DNA of 63,880 nt, counting the filler, from Octopus bimaculoides (taxonomy: Eukaryota), in assembly GCF_001194135.2 (NCBI RefSeq). It is 8 parts of 8 records of this genome, joined end to end, with 100 filler letters (N's around TTAATTAATTAA, not from the genome) between each part and the next. Parts side by side here need not be neighbours in the genome. Positions count along the whole stretch, not along the records: positions 47,245 to 61,938 come from NC_069007.1; 7 more parts are not named here. One strand, written 5' to 3'. Position numbers and translations under genes: made by a program. This document shows, one piece after another, positions 51,149 through 61,938 of the stretch (its first letter is position 1; each line of letters begins with the position of its first letter). The notes under the pieces are model-generated. The model saw only the letters and a list, made by a program, of their open reading frames with translations, was not told the origin of the DNA and did not search any database.

Positions 51149-52319
51149 TATGTGTATAAAAAATGCATGTGCATGATAAGTGGCAACTGCATGTGCACAG
51201 AACGTGGATGATAACTACATGCACATAGAGCAACAACAACATCCATATGCACGACAAATACTGCATGCAGACAGCAGCAATAGCAACTGCATTTGCACAA
51301 AGCATAAAAATGGTGACAACTGCACCTGCACAGCAAGATAACAACTGCATCCCCTTTGCAATGATGACAAATGCATTCATGCAACATCACCCAAAATACA
51401 ACAATGATGACAACTGCATTTGCATAGCAGCAACTGCATCCACATTGCAACAATGACAAACGCATTCACACAGCAATGACAACAAACAACACATCTGCAC
51501 AACAATGATCTGCATCTGTGAAGCAATGACGACAACCACTGCATCCCAACATGCAATGGTGACAACCGCCAAAACCACATAACAAGAACAACAATGACAT
51601 CACCACCAACAACAACAACAACAGCTTTACTAACCTCCTTGTTGGCGTATTTTCTCAAAATGGCCAAATGCTTTTCTATCTGGTGCTGCATCTCTGCAAA
51701 ACCTTGCAGTTCTAGTTTGATGAGATTTTCATCCGGATAGAGACAGTATAGAGTAGTGACATTTGATGACTCTGCTCTTGGGCATGTATTGAGGATGTCA
51801 CTTAACTTTTCAATCAGTTCAGCTAGAGGCTCATGAAAGGTTCCAGCTTGGCCTTTCCTCTGGACAACATGGCAGTCTTTCCAGAAAGTGATTCTGGATA
51901 TTTGGTCCATGAGTAACCTGGTGATAGAAAATATGAAATAAATCAATGTTAACTGTGGAGCTTGAAGGAGATAAAGCTATAAATGATAGCATGTAGAATA
52001 TCAGGTAACAAAACCCCTTGGATGTGTGTGTGTGTGTGGGGGGNNNNNNNNNNNNNNNNNNNNNNNNNNNNNNNNNNNNNNNNNNNNNNNNNNNNNNNNN
52101 NNNNNNNNNNNNNNNNNNNGGGGGGGGGGTGAAATGACAGATGCATGTGGGATTTGAACCCACATTTTCTGTGAACATTATAGTAAAGCAACAAATTGAA
52201 TTTTCTTTTTGTGATATGAAATAAATTGTTTTTAAAAATGGAACTCAAAGCAGATAAAGCTACAGAAAAACTGCATGTACGATATTATATTTAAAAAAAC
52301 CCTGGATGTATGTATGTAT

Positions 52320-52374
<55 letters not shown>

Positions 52375-55216
52375 AAAGCCCAATTTGGACATATGCCTGT
52401 GGGATTTGAAGCTACATCTCCTGTGAACATAATATTACCCACCTGCTGAGATGGCAAACCAAGTTGCCCCGTGCCGATGCCGGCATACCAAACAGCTGGC
52501 ACACAACATTGGTGATTCCGTTGCTGTTAGCAATCGTGTCTCGTAAGTAAGGGCTCTGAATGAATCGTCTGATGGAAGGGGTTTCAGACGTGAGTCCCTC
52601 AATGATTGCCTTGATCATTGCCGACAGGAGTGTGGGCAACAACGAACTCTGATACGATGGCATTTCGGTTTGGCTGCCAGATATTGTTGACTCCATGAAA
52701 ATCTCTGTGTCTTCTCTGCTGGTTTCCTCCGTTTTCGGAACATGCTGAAGCAGACGGAAAAACAAGATTTTAAAATGCTGCAAGGAAATCTATCGGGAGA
52801 GGAAAGAAGGTTAAGTATTAGCAAAGAGGTTGTAATTAAACAAAACCTTGTCCCATTAATTGTTCGTTTATTCTTGTGTAAGAAAAGAGAGAAAAGAAGA
52901 TGACAGCATCTGGCTGTCTGATCTGGACTTTAGTTGGTCACCACCACCCCATACACAGACATACACGTATGTATATGTATGTATGTGTTTATGGAGCAGA
53001 GCCAAGGGGAAAAAGAGGACAGTTCTTGGGCTACATGTTTCTGATTTTCAGAAATTGTGTGTATGTGTGTGTGTGTTTATATGTGTATATGTACGTATAT
53101 GTGTGTATATGTATATACATGTATATATATGTGTGTATATGTATATGTGTATATATATGGGCGGAGACGGACTATATGTAATCTGAACCTTTCCCCACCT
53201 TATTTATTAATTTTTTTTACGGAATCCCACGTTTTAGGCTATGGAGATTCCGATTCTGAAAAAAAATTGTTTGAAAAATTTCAATCCCCCCCCCTCACCA
53301 AGTAGGCTATTTACATGCTAGAAATAACAGCCAAATCTCACAAAACTAGTGTTAGGGTTAGGTTTAAGGTTAGGGTTAGGGTCAGGGTTAGGGTTAGGTT
53401 TACCCTGTGGATCTATATAAAAACCGGGGGGGTGGGATCGAAATTTTGAAATTGAGATTAAAAAAAATTTTTTTTCAGAATCGGAATCTCCATAGCCTAA
53501 AACGTGGGATTCCGTAAAAAAAAAAATAAGGGAGGAAAGGTTCAGATTACATATAGTCTATCTGGACCTATATACGTATGTATATGTGTATACATGTGTG
53601 TGTATATGTGTGCATGTGTGTGTATGTATATATATATATATGTGTGTTTGTGTGTGTGTATGTATGTGTGTCTGTGTTTGTCCTCCCAACATCGTTTTAA
53701 GGATATCACGAAAAGCCTGGCTGGGGGCCCAACCTTCTGAGTTCTTTAACAGGGGTTAGAAAAACTGAAGGACCACTGCAATAAGTGTGTGAATCTGAGA
53801 GGGGAATATGTTGAATAAAACCATAATTAACTGATCTCCTTGGATTTTCTTTTACCCAAAGCCAGGAACTTTTCTGCACCCCCCCCCTCGTATATATTTA
53901 TATTTATTCTGGGTTTGATATGGAACAGCAGCTGGTGGTGAGACTCCAGTTTGGCCATTCTGCAGTCATTTGGAGCCTTGAGTCAACCCTTAATCACCAT
54001 TATTTCCAGGTCTGTTCTGACCCAGAACTTTCCTCGTTGGCTCAGCAAATAAATGATGGATGATGTCACGACTTGCCCCAAAGACAGAAAGGTTGTAAGT
54101 TCAATACTGACCTGGTTAGTGAAGTAGAAAACAGTTAAGATGTCCTTGATAACAGCCTGAATATGGTTCACTTCATAGACGGTGGTACATTGACCTGCAT
54201 AGACCGAGCTAAGCAATGCCGTCAGCTTGCTAATAATCGATTGATTGCTCAACGGAAGGAATGGTTTGGCGAGGTCTACCATTGCTGCCATATCTAGCAG
54301 TGACCAGTGGACAGGAGGTGCTGGTCCAGGGAACTTCTCGGGAACGGTGCAGCATTGTTGCTGTAGGAGAATGGCATGAATTGTAGCAAAACCAGCAACA
54401 TCAAAGGTGTAAGTAGAAAATGGCGTGACATGGGTTTTCTGGAAAACAAAAAGCAAGAACAGTAACAATAATAATAATAATTAATTCTGGTTTTATTGGC
54501 CACAAGGGCTAATATAAATTAAAAACATGTAAGGACAAAGACAGGATGAAGGTTACAAAGGGTTTTGTCCGAAAAAAAAAAAAAAAAAAAAAAATGGTAG
54601 TGGTACCAATAATTGTCGGAGTCCTGGGAACAGTGAGTAAAAATCGCGAGAAGTACATGGAACAAATAGGGGCTGCAATAAGGGTGGAGCACTTGTAGAA
54701 AACAGTACTGCTTGGAACCACTCAAATACTCTGGATGGTGCTCGAAAAATAAGGGGTGTTACCTTATTTCACTGGTACGGAACAGCTAACACCGTAGTAC
54801 ATCTCCAGTGTTAGAAGCTGTGCAATGACAATAATAATAATAATTATAATAATAACAATCCTTTCTACTAAAGGCACAAGGCCTGGAATTTGGTAGGAGT
54901 GGGGGAGTTGATTATATTGACCTCACTGTTTCACTGACGCTTAATTTATCAACCTGAAAAAGGATGAAAGGCAAAGTCAACCTCGATGCCACGAAGCATT
55001 TTGGCTGGCTTGCTAATGATTCTGCCAGCTCACTGCACCACCACCACTACTACTACTACCACCATTACTACCACCACCACCACCACTACTACCACCCCTA
55101 CTACTACTACTACTACTACTACTACCACTACTACTACCAGCACCACCACCACTACTACCACCCCTACTACTACTACAACTACTACCACCACCACCACCAC
55201 AACTACTACCACCACA

Positions 55217-55302
<86 letters not shown>

Positions 55303-55342
55303 NNNNNNNNNNNNNNNNNNNNNNNNNNNNNNNNNNNNNNNC

Positions 55343-55401
<59 letters not shown>

Positions 55402-56230
55402 AACTACATATACGGGTTAGATGGCAGGGTATATATTAGTTACAAATAGTTTAGATATATACATATACGGGTTAGATGGCATGGCAGGGCATATACAAGA
55501 TGTAGTTGATATCCAGATTAAAGTCCTACTTACAAATCTATACAAGTTTCTTTGGTTATATTTGTGTTTTCGAAGCAGAAAATTTACTGCCCTGTGGCAT
55601 TTCGTGAGGATGGACAGGAAATTTGGGACCGTCTCACAAGACACCCTGATGCTGTTCTGAAGAAGCATGGCTGGAACAGAAATGAATATCAAACATGGTG
55701 CACATTAACACTTTTTTGGGGTTCCAAACGTTTGATGATTCATAGAGATTTTAGAAAATTACTATTTTTAAATCTCACAACAAGAAATATTCAGTAACAG
55801 TACTTTGGAGTAAAGATTATTTGCCAACATAACATGGCAGTCCTGGTTTAGGACAAATGTTGCTGTAATTTAGCCCCAGGAGACATCGTCTCCAGCTGGC
55901 TATATGATATGATCTGTGCCCTTATATTTTCGAACAAGGGAATTTAGCACCCCCACTCAGCTCAAAACAATATCTGTGTATCGCGATTTACAAATAGTAA
56001 TTTTCTAATTTATAGATCAGTGACTAGTTGTCACTTTGAAAACTGTATATTTTGAACGGGAATTTTTGTGTATATGTATGTATTTATGAATTCTTTGAAA
56101 TTTTTTATATATCATATAGATGAATGCATCTATGTAAGTACTTCGTATACCATGGAGAATCTCGTTAATTATGGATTGAATGAATATATACATCGGCCTT
56201 TGAATTTGTTTTATCCTCTCCTTAATTTTT

Positions 56231-56277
<47 letters not shown>

Positions 56278-56506
56278 GCACAGACACACACACACATATA
56301 TATATACATAGAGTTTTATTAAAGCTGCAAAATTATCACCAAACTGTTACTCAGAGTTTTCATGATAATTGTCCGACAAACGGGAATATGAAACTCTGAG
56401 TAACAGTTTCCTCATGTTTTTGCAGCCTTAATTAAAAATCATATTACTCTACCTTTGGTATTTGAGTACTATTTTTCCCACTTTGTTTTGCACTTATGTG
56501 CTCATC

Positions 56507-56542
<36 letters not shown>

Positions 56543-58500
56543 CCGCCTAACTGGCCTTTGTCGGGTTTTCGAGCGAGATCGTTGCCAGTGCCCCTGGACT
56601 GGCTCTTGTGTGGGTGGCACATAAAAGACACCATTTCGAGCGTGGCCGTTTTCGTGCGGGTGACACGTAAAAGCACCCACTACACTCTCTGAGTGGTTGG
56701 CGTTAGGAAGGGCATCCAGCTGTAGAAACTCTGCCAAATTAGATTGGAGCCTGGTGTTGCCATCCGGTTTCACCAGTCCTCAGTCAAATCGTCCAACCCA
56801 TGCCAGCATGGAAAGCGGACGTTAAACGACGACGATGATGATCATGATGATGATGTAGGTATGTGTGTGTTTGCATACACACACACAAACAAACATGTAT
56901 ATATATTGCTACATGGGAAGCAGAATATCCGCTTCACCCTTCCCATTACCGTCACTGACTCAACTCAGGTGATTTAACATTGTAGCTAGCGAACGATAAA
57001 CTTACCTGGAGGTACTTGGTGTCCCTGGTGGAGGGTGTATGTGACCCACAGTCGAAAATTTTCCCCTTTATCCTCCTCACCAGTCAAATAATCAGACGTT
57101 TGTTGTGGCGTCACTGTGTTGTCTTCTTTTTTCTTTTTATACGTGGACAGAATCAGCTGCAAAAATTAACCAGAAATGGAAACAGTGTTGGTTATAGGGT
57201 GAATATTAACAAGGAGAAGTTAACTTAGAGAGGGACTGCTTTCCTATTCAAGGGAGATTTGTCTTTCTGTGCAGATTTAATTTTACACACCTTAGCGGAT
57301 CTGTTGGCAGTCAATAAAAGATCTGTGAATGTTAACAAACATAGAGTGCAACGAGGGGAGCCTCTACATGGGCGTTTCACTCACCGCATCCAGGGTTACC
57401 AGATCAGGTTACAAGCAGTGGGTGATGCTAATTTTTATGCTCTTCTGTTTTACATTGGTGAATTATGGCTACGTGGGAAAAATTTTGCTTCCCAATCACA
57501 TAGTTCTGGGTTTCAAGTTTTGACCTAAGGCCAGTAATTTCAGGGATTGGGGTGGCTAGGTACATAATTATATATTGTATGATTAAACGTTTGCATGCTT
57601 TTGAAATAACTAACGAATAAAGGTGGAACAAAATTCCATATATATTTTAGACGATTATTGAAGTTCTTTGATTAATTAACATTAGTCATGTTTCATTGTT
57701 GTTGGCACTCCGTCACTTATGACGCCGAGGTTCCCAGTTGATCCGATCAACGGAACAGCCTGCTCATGAAATTAATGTGCAAATGGCTGAGCACCCCACA
57801 GACACGTGTACCCTTAACGTAGTTCTCGGGGATATTCAGCGTGACAGAGTGTGACAAGGCTGACCCTTTGAATTACAGGCACAACAGAAACAGGAAGTAA
57901 GAGTGAGAGAAAGCTGTAGTGGAAGAGTACAGCAGGGTTCGCCACCATCCCCTGCCGGAGCCTCGTGGAGCTTTAGGTGTTTTCGCTCAATAAACACTCA
58001 CAACGCCCGGTCTGGGAATCGAAACCGCAATCCTATGACTGTGAGTCTGCTGCCCTTACCACTGGGCTATTGCACCTCCACCGTGTTTCATGTAACATCT
58101 TGAAAAATGAATTCTATTTATGTTGTCCCAGTGCAGCATAGCAATTGAGCTTGCCAGTTCCTTTACCAAGACAGCAAGGTGTGTGATCTGAGGGTAATCT
58201 GACTGTTGTTTTTAGCTGGTTGAGCAAATAACCATGTAGTGGGGTTGTCTCATGATTCGTTCAAACTTCAAAGATGTTTTACCTGAAAGACGGCAATGAG
58301 TTTGTTGTGAATGTTTTCTGGGGTCATGTGGTAGTTGTTTAGGACTAACCAGTAACCATTCCTGTAGCAGTCGTCCACACACTGTAGCAGCGAATCCACG
58401 TTCAACTGGTCGCAGCAGTTGACCACGTACACATAGCGGCCTATCTTTAGCTCTTTGGCCAGTCGTTTCACCTCTCGAACTGGGTCGGCATACAAACAAC
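48062..58500 (-). CDS. DNHD1: Gene span (3' part): divergent dynein heavy chain, dynein heavy chain domain-containing protein 1-like (AAA6, lid, C-terminal domain)
   Basis: Eight exons: 58283-58500, 57006-57156, 55534-55670, 54112-54438, 52443-52744, 51635-51917, 49880-50167, 48062-48406. They total 2051 nt, with all GT-AG junctions and matching phases (0,1,0,0,2,0,0). Motifs are GYWLVLNNYHM, ENFRLWVT, PPAMLLQNS, SSVYAG, LFGMPASA, NKVPKCW, LGIFLRPDRLI, EAKW, YYCPL and IAEIPL. The divergence pattern resembles DNHD1 more than canonical DNAH genes (from memory, so the symbol is tentative). The 5' part is upstream or outside the window. Confidence 0.75.
48584..48699. repeat. Loopless AT-rich palindrome, ~58-bp arms
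   Basis: Centred on AAAGG|CCTTT at 48641/48642, with one internal mismatch. Confidence 0.85.
49880..50167 (-). CDS. Dynein heavy chain (DNHD1-like) exon
   Basis: CATGGCAG|ATA CTT ... GCT ATG|GTAAGC; ILLCKELHEVKDDLIINKVPKCWLEKTYPT...LGIFLRPDRLI. Confidence 0.88.
50297..50455 (+). mobile_element. SINE family A, 5' half
   Basis: GGTTCAGTCCCACTGCATGGCACCTTGGGCAAGTG...GGAAACTGAAAGAAGC. Confidence 0.75.
51635..51917 (-). CDS. Dynein heavy chain (DNHD1-like) exon
   Basis: CTATCACCAG|G TTA CTC ... AAG GAG|GTTAGT; ENLIKLELQGFAEMQHQIEKHLAIL. Confidence 0.82.
52443..52744 (-). CDS. Dynein heavy chain (DNHD1-like) exon
   Basis: CTGCTTCAG|CAT GTT ... AGC AG|GTGGGT; CQLFGMPASARGN corresponds to the FGLHxNA motif. 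Confidence 0.8.
53170..53558. mobile_element. MITE with ~95-bp TIRs and an internal (TTAGGG)n tract
   Basis: GACTATATGTAATCTGAACCTTTCC...TACGGAATCCCACGTTTTAGGCTATGGAGATTCCGATTCTGAAAAAA is mirrored at 53470-53558. About 8 imperfect GGTTAG units lie at 53351-53400. Confidence 0.85.
54112..54438 (-). CDS. Dynein heavy chain (DNHD1-like) exon (AAA6 lid)
   Basis: TTGTTTTCCAG|AAA ACC ... AAC CAG|GTCAGT; FATIHAILLQQQ...VHWSLLD...LLSSVYAGQCTTVYEVNHIQAVI. Confidence 0.87.
54594..54856 (+). mobile_element. 5'-truncated R4/Dong-type LINE 3' end with an (AAT)n tail
   Basis: VVVPIIVGVLGTVSKN...EHL*KTVLLGTTQILWMVLEK*, the RLE C-terminal motif VPIVxGALG...LQKxxLLGT..ILR.VL, then about 75 bp of UTR and (AAT)n. 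Confidence 0.8.
54860..55030 (-). mobile_element. SINE family B (diverged)
   Basis: GGATGAAAGGCAAAGTCAACCTCG core and tail CCTTTCTACTAAAGGCACAAGGCC. Confidence 0.65.
55534..55670 (-). CDS. Dynein heavy chain (DNHD1-like) exon
   Basis: TTTCTGTTCCAG|CC ATG CTT ... AGA TTT|GTAAGT; (A)MLLQNSIRVSCETVPNFLSIL. Confidence 0.85.
56314..56437. ncRNA. Inverted-repeat element carrying a degenerate minimal type I hammerhead-like motif (56367-56408, +) and an inverted partial copy
   Basis: AATTGT-CCGACAA-ACGGGAATAT-GAAA-CTCTGAGT-A-ACAGTT, with a 6-bp stem I, helix III ACTC/GAGT and a GUA triplet. The left arm AACTGTTACTCAGAGTTT is its reverse complement. A family member lies at 48896-49070. Confidence 0.45.
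56545..56855 (+). mobile_element. SINE/LINE-tail family D
   Basis: GGTTGGCGTTAGGAAGGGCATCCAGCTGTAG...CCAACCCATGCCAGCATGGAAAGCGGACGTTAAAC-(GAT)n. Confidence 0.7.
57006..57156 (-). CDS. Dynein heavy chain (DNHD1-like) exon
   Basis: TAATTTTTGCAG|CTG ATT ... CCA G|GTAAG; contains ENFRLWVT. Not in the ORF track. Confidence 0.87.
57697..58081 (-). mobile_element. SINE family C (full length)
   Basis: Collinear with 2712-3097. Confidence 0.8.
58283..58500 (-). CDS. Dynein heavy chain (DNHD1-like) exon (AAA6)
   Basis: TTATCCACAG|GT TGT ... TTT CAG|GTAAAA; YADPVREVKRLAK...GYWLVLNNYHM. Confidence 0.87.
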
Positions 58501-58689
58501 CTGTGGATAAATAGACATAACAGATCGGTAGAGCACCAACGGGTACAAGCAGTGGTAAAGGTGATGTCGGTTGTCATAGTGCTAGTGGAAATAGTAGTGG
58601 TGGTGATGGTAGTGGTGGTGATGGTGGTGGTGGTGATGGTGGTGGTGGTGATGGTGGTGGTGGTTTTGTAGAGGTATTAGTACTGGCAC

Positions 58690-59300
58690 TGTTTTAAGGC
58701 ATGGGCACATGGGCAGTTGGCTGGGGGCCTCCTGAGTTTAGGGGCCTAATTCTGATTTATGTATGATAGCAATAAATAATACAATGTACAGGTTTACCCA
58801 GGGGCTTCACAGATCTAAGAGCCCAATTCTGACCCATGAATGCTGTGGCTTGCTGTCAATAAATATATACTACAGGGCCCAGTGCACTGACTTGCTTAGG
58901 GACCTCACAGGTCTATGGGCCTGATGCTGTGACTTGCTATCAATAAATACTATAGGGGCCAGTGCGCTGATTTGCTCGAGGGCCTCAGTTCTGATCTATG
59001 TGTGCTGTACCTTACTGCCAATAAATACATACTATAGGCTCCAATGCAATGATTTGCTTGGAGGAGGGGGTGCCCATGGGTCTAGGGGTCCAATTGTGAC
59101 CTATATATATAACGGCTTGCTGCCAGGTTCAGAGCACTGACATGCCTAGGGACCTCACAGGTCTAGGGTCCCAATGCTGTGGCTTGCTATCAATAAATAA
59201 ATACAATAGGGTCTATCGCACTGATTTGTCCAAGAGACTCAGGGGTCAAGGGACTCAGTGCATTGGTTTGCCTGGTGGGAGCCCTATAATGTTGCTAAGA
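58690..59300. repeat. Degenerate ~85-90-bp tandem array inside a probable DNA-transposon derivative
   Basis: Recurring GGGACCTCACAGGTCTA, GCTGTGGCTTGCTATCAATAAATA and CAGTGCACTGA(C/T)TTGCT units. Confidence 0.55.
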
Positions 59301-59721
59301 TGGCCCTAATTGACAATGGTAGTGGTGGTGGCTATGATGATGGTGATGGCTGTGATGGTGTTGATGGTGATGGTGGTGGTGGTGGCTGTGATGGTGTTGA
59401 TGGTGGTGGTGGTGGTGGTGGCAATGATGATGTTAGTAACTGTAAATAATAATAATAATACATATATATATATAGATGTCTGTGTGCTTTTGTTTGTGTG
59501 TTTGCATCCCCCTAGCGTAGCAGTTTGGCAAAAAGAGACTGATAAAATAAGTACTAGACTTTAAAAAAATACAAGAACTTGGGTTGATTTGTTCAACTAG
59601 AATTTTTCAAGGCCGTGCTCCAGCATGGCCACAGTTTAATGACTGAAACATAAAAGATAAAATGTGTGTATATACGTACATGTGTGTGTATACACACACA
59701 CACATATATATATATACACAT

Positions 59722-59886
59722 GGCGCAGGAGTGGCTGTGTGGTAAGTAGCTTGTTTACCAACCACATGGTTCCGGGTTCAGGCCCACTGCGTGGCACCTT
59801 GGGCAAGTGTCTTCTACTATAGCCTTGGGCCTACCAAAGCCTTGTTAGTGGATTTGGTAGACGGAAACTGAAAGAAGCCTGTCGTA

Positions 59887-59933
<47 letters not shown>

Positions 59934-60113
59934 TTGTGTGTCTGTGTTTGTCCCCCCATCATCGCTTGACAACCGATGCTGGTGTGTTTATGTCCCCATA
60001 ACTTAGCGGTTCGGCAAAAGAGACTGATAGAATAAGTCCTGGGGTCGATTTGTTCGACTAAAGGCGGTGCTCCAGCATGGCCGCAGTCAAATGACTGAAA
60101 CAAGTAAAGAGTA
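59722..60113 (+). mobile_element. SINE family A, full length and well preserved
   Basis: GGCGCAGGAGTGGCTGTGTGGTAAG (A box), GGTTCAGGCCC (B box), an internal (TA)(TG) tract and the GACTGAAACAAGTAAAGAGTA tail. Confidence 0.88.
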
Positions 60114-60629
60114 TGTGTATGTGTATATGAATATATGTGTGTGTGTCTATGTGTGTATAAGCGATACACATGTTTGTATCCATGTATATATAATGTCTGG
60201 TGTAGTAATTTTCCCCACAGCATCCCAAGGTCACTGTACAGATGAAACAGTATTTCTCAGAGATCTTACACCATAATTCATATCGAGGGCAGTGCGTGGG
60301 ATAACGGCCGGATTAGTAGCAGCAAGAGCTAATCTGAGTAGAGGGTGGATCATTGAGTGATGTGAGAGAACTTCAGCTGGGACCACTTATCTATCAATAC
60401 TTAATCCACAGCTAAGCGTCTTATCTTGCCAAAGTTAGCACTGAGATCTTGCAGAAAGGATGTTGTTTAGCTCTGAGGAATAAATATTGCCTTAATCTCA
60501 GATGTTGGTATCTAGAAGGAGTGAAGCTTTCGTACAAATGCACTCGTATAAGCACACACACACACACACATGCGTTTGTATTTATGTATGTACGAATATA
60601 TTTCTATATGTGTACATATGTGTTTGTAT

Positions 60630-60673
<44 letters not shown>

Positions 60674-60775
60674 TGCTTTATATCAGCGAATGAGAGAAGA
60701 GTGCTCAATACATGTTGTTATGCTTTTTTTTACTGAAACTGAAACTTTGTCTAGTAACTCAAGGTTATATACATA

Positions 60776-60988
60776 CTAGCAGCTAAGCCCGGTTTCACCC
60801 GGTTGGTTTGGAGGATGTGGCTGTAAAACCTGGTTGGGCACGCTTACGTTAAAATACAATTTTGGAATGACTTTTTTCTGTCAAAACGCTAAAAATGACT
60901 GACCAAGAAAAAAAAAAAACTAACCAAGATTCAACCAAATCAAAAAATAAACCCAAATACTAAGCGAACAAAGATGCACAGGCAGTGA

Positions 60989-60990
<2 letters not shown>
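60776..60990 (-). mobile_element. Non-autonomous Helitron 3' end
   Basis: On the minus strand a CCGG-TGAAA-CCGG hairpin lies about 10 nt before CTAG|T, as at 38720. Confidence 0.55.
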
Positions 60991-61063
<73 letters not shown>

Positions 61064-61564
61064 CAATCTCAGGTCCAAAATGTTTTACAAACAAGGTCTT
61101 ATTGTTTTTTTAAATCTATTTTTGTTCTTTGAGAAGAAATCTAACTTTGAGTTACTTTTTATTCACTGTTTTCTAAACCCGAGAAAAGTAAGTAGGGGTA
61201 CAAATTTTGATTTTGCACCCCACAAAAATTCTATGGGGTGCACATGCACCCCACTGCACCACCTGTCCTTGGGCCCCCCCTGTTCCCAGGTCCCCTGTTT
61301 CCGGAAGTGCATTGTATACCTGAGCAAAGCACTTCATTTCACATTGCTCTGCAATCATTTCGACATCTGACTTGTGGCACACCTGTGCACCTGTACAGGT
61401 AATGTCAATTTGATGGAAGAAAGAGCGAGCTTCTGTGCAACACAAACATTTGATCATGTGAAAGGAATCACCTGAGTGGTTGCTCGGTAAGAAATTGCCG
61501 AGCCGTCATCAGTCATCTAATTATGGCAGAGTCCATAGTGTGTGTGCGTGTGTGTGTGTTTATA

Positions 61565-61938
61565 TATACTCTTTTACTTGTTTCAGTCATTTGGCTGCAG
61601 CCATGCTGGAGCACCGCCTTTAGTCAAGCAAATCGACCCCAGGACTTATTCTTTTGGAAGCCTAGTACTTATTCTATCGGTGTCTTTTGCCAAACCACTA
61701 AGTTACGGGGACGTAAACACACCACCATCGGTTGTCAAGCAATGTTGGGGGGACAAACACAGACACACAAACATACATATACATATATATATATACATAT
61801 ATATACATATATACGACGGGCTTCTTTCAGTTTCTGTCTACCAAATCCACTCACAAGGCTTTGGTCAGCCCGAGGCTATAGTAGAAGACACTTGCCCAAG
61901 GTGCCACGCAGTGGGACTGAACCCGGAACCATGTGGTT
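61565..61938 (-). mobile_element. SINE family A, near full length
   Basis: Reverse complement of the 59722-60113 consensus. Confidence 0.88.

Noticed and set aside
51170-51620. Q/T/A/N-rich ORFs next to a dynein donor
   Set aside because: This is a cryptic (ACA/GCA) repeat in the intron with no splice signals.
52140-52437. ~45-bp duplication (52140-52183 vs 52391-52437) just downstream of a dynein donor
   Set aside because: It is a small local intronic duplication that does not include the splice site, and no function is evident.
60190-60400. Possible further dynein exon (minus frame HPLLRLALAATNPGR with a phase-1 GTAAGA donor)
   Set aside because: There is no convincing dynein motif, the acceptor is unclear, and other frames look equally repeat-like. 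cDNA would be needed.
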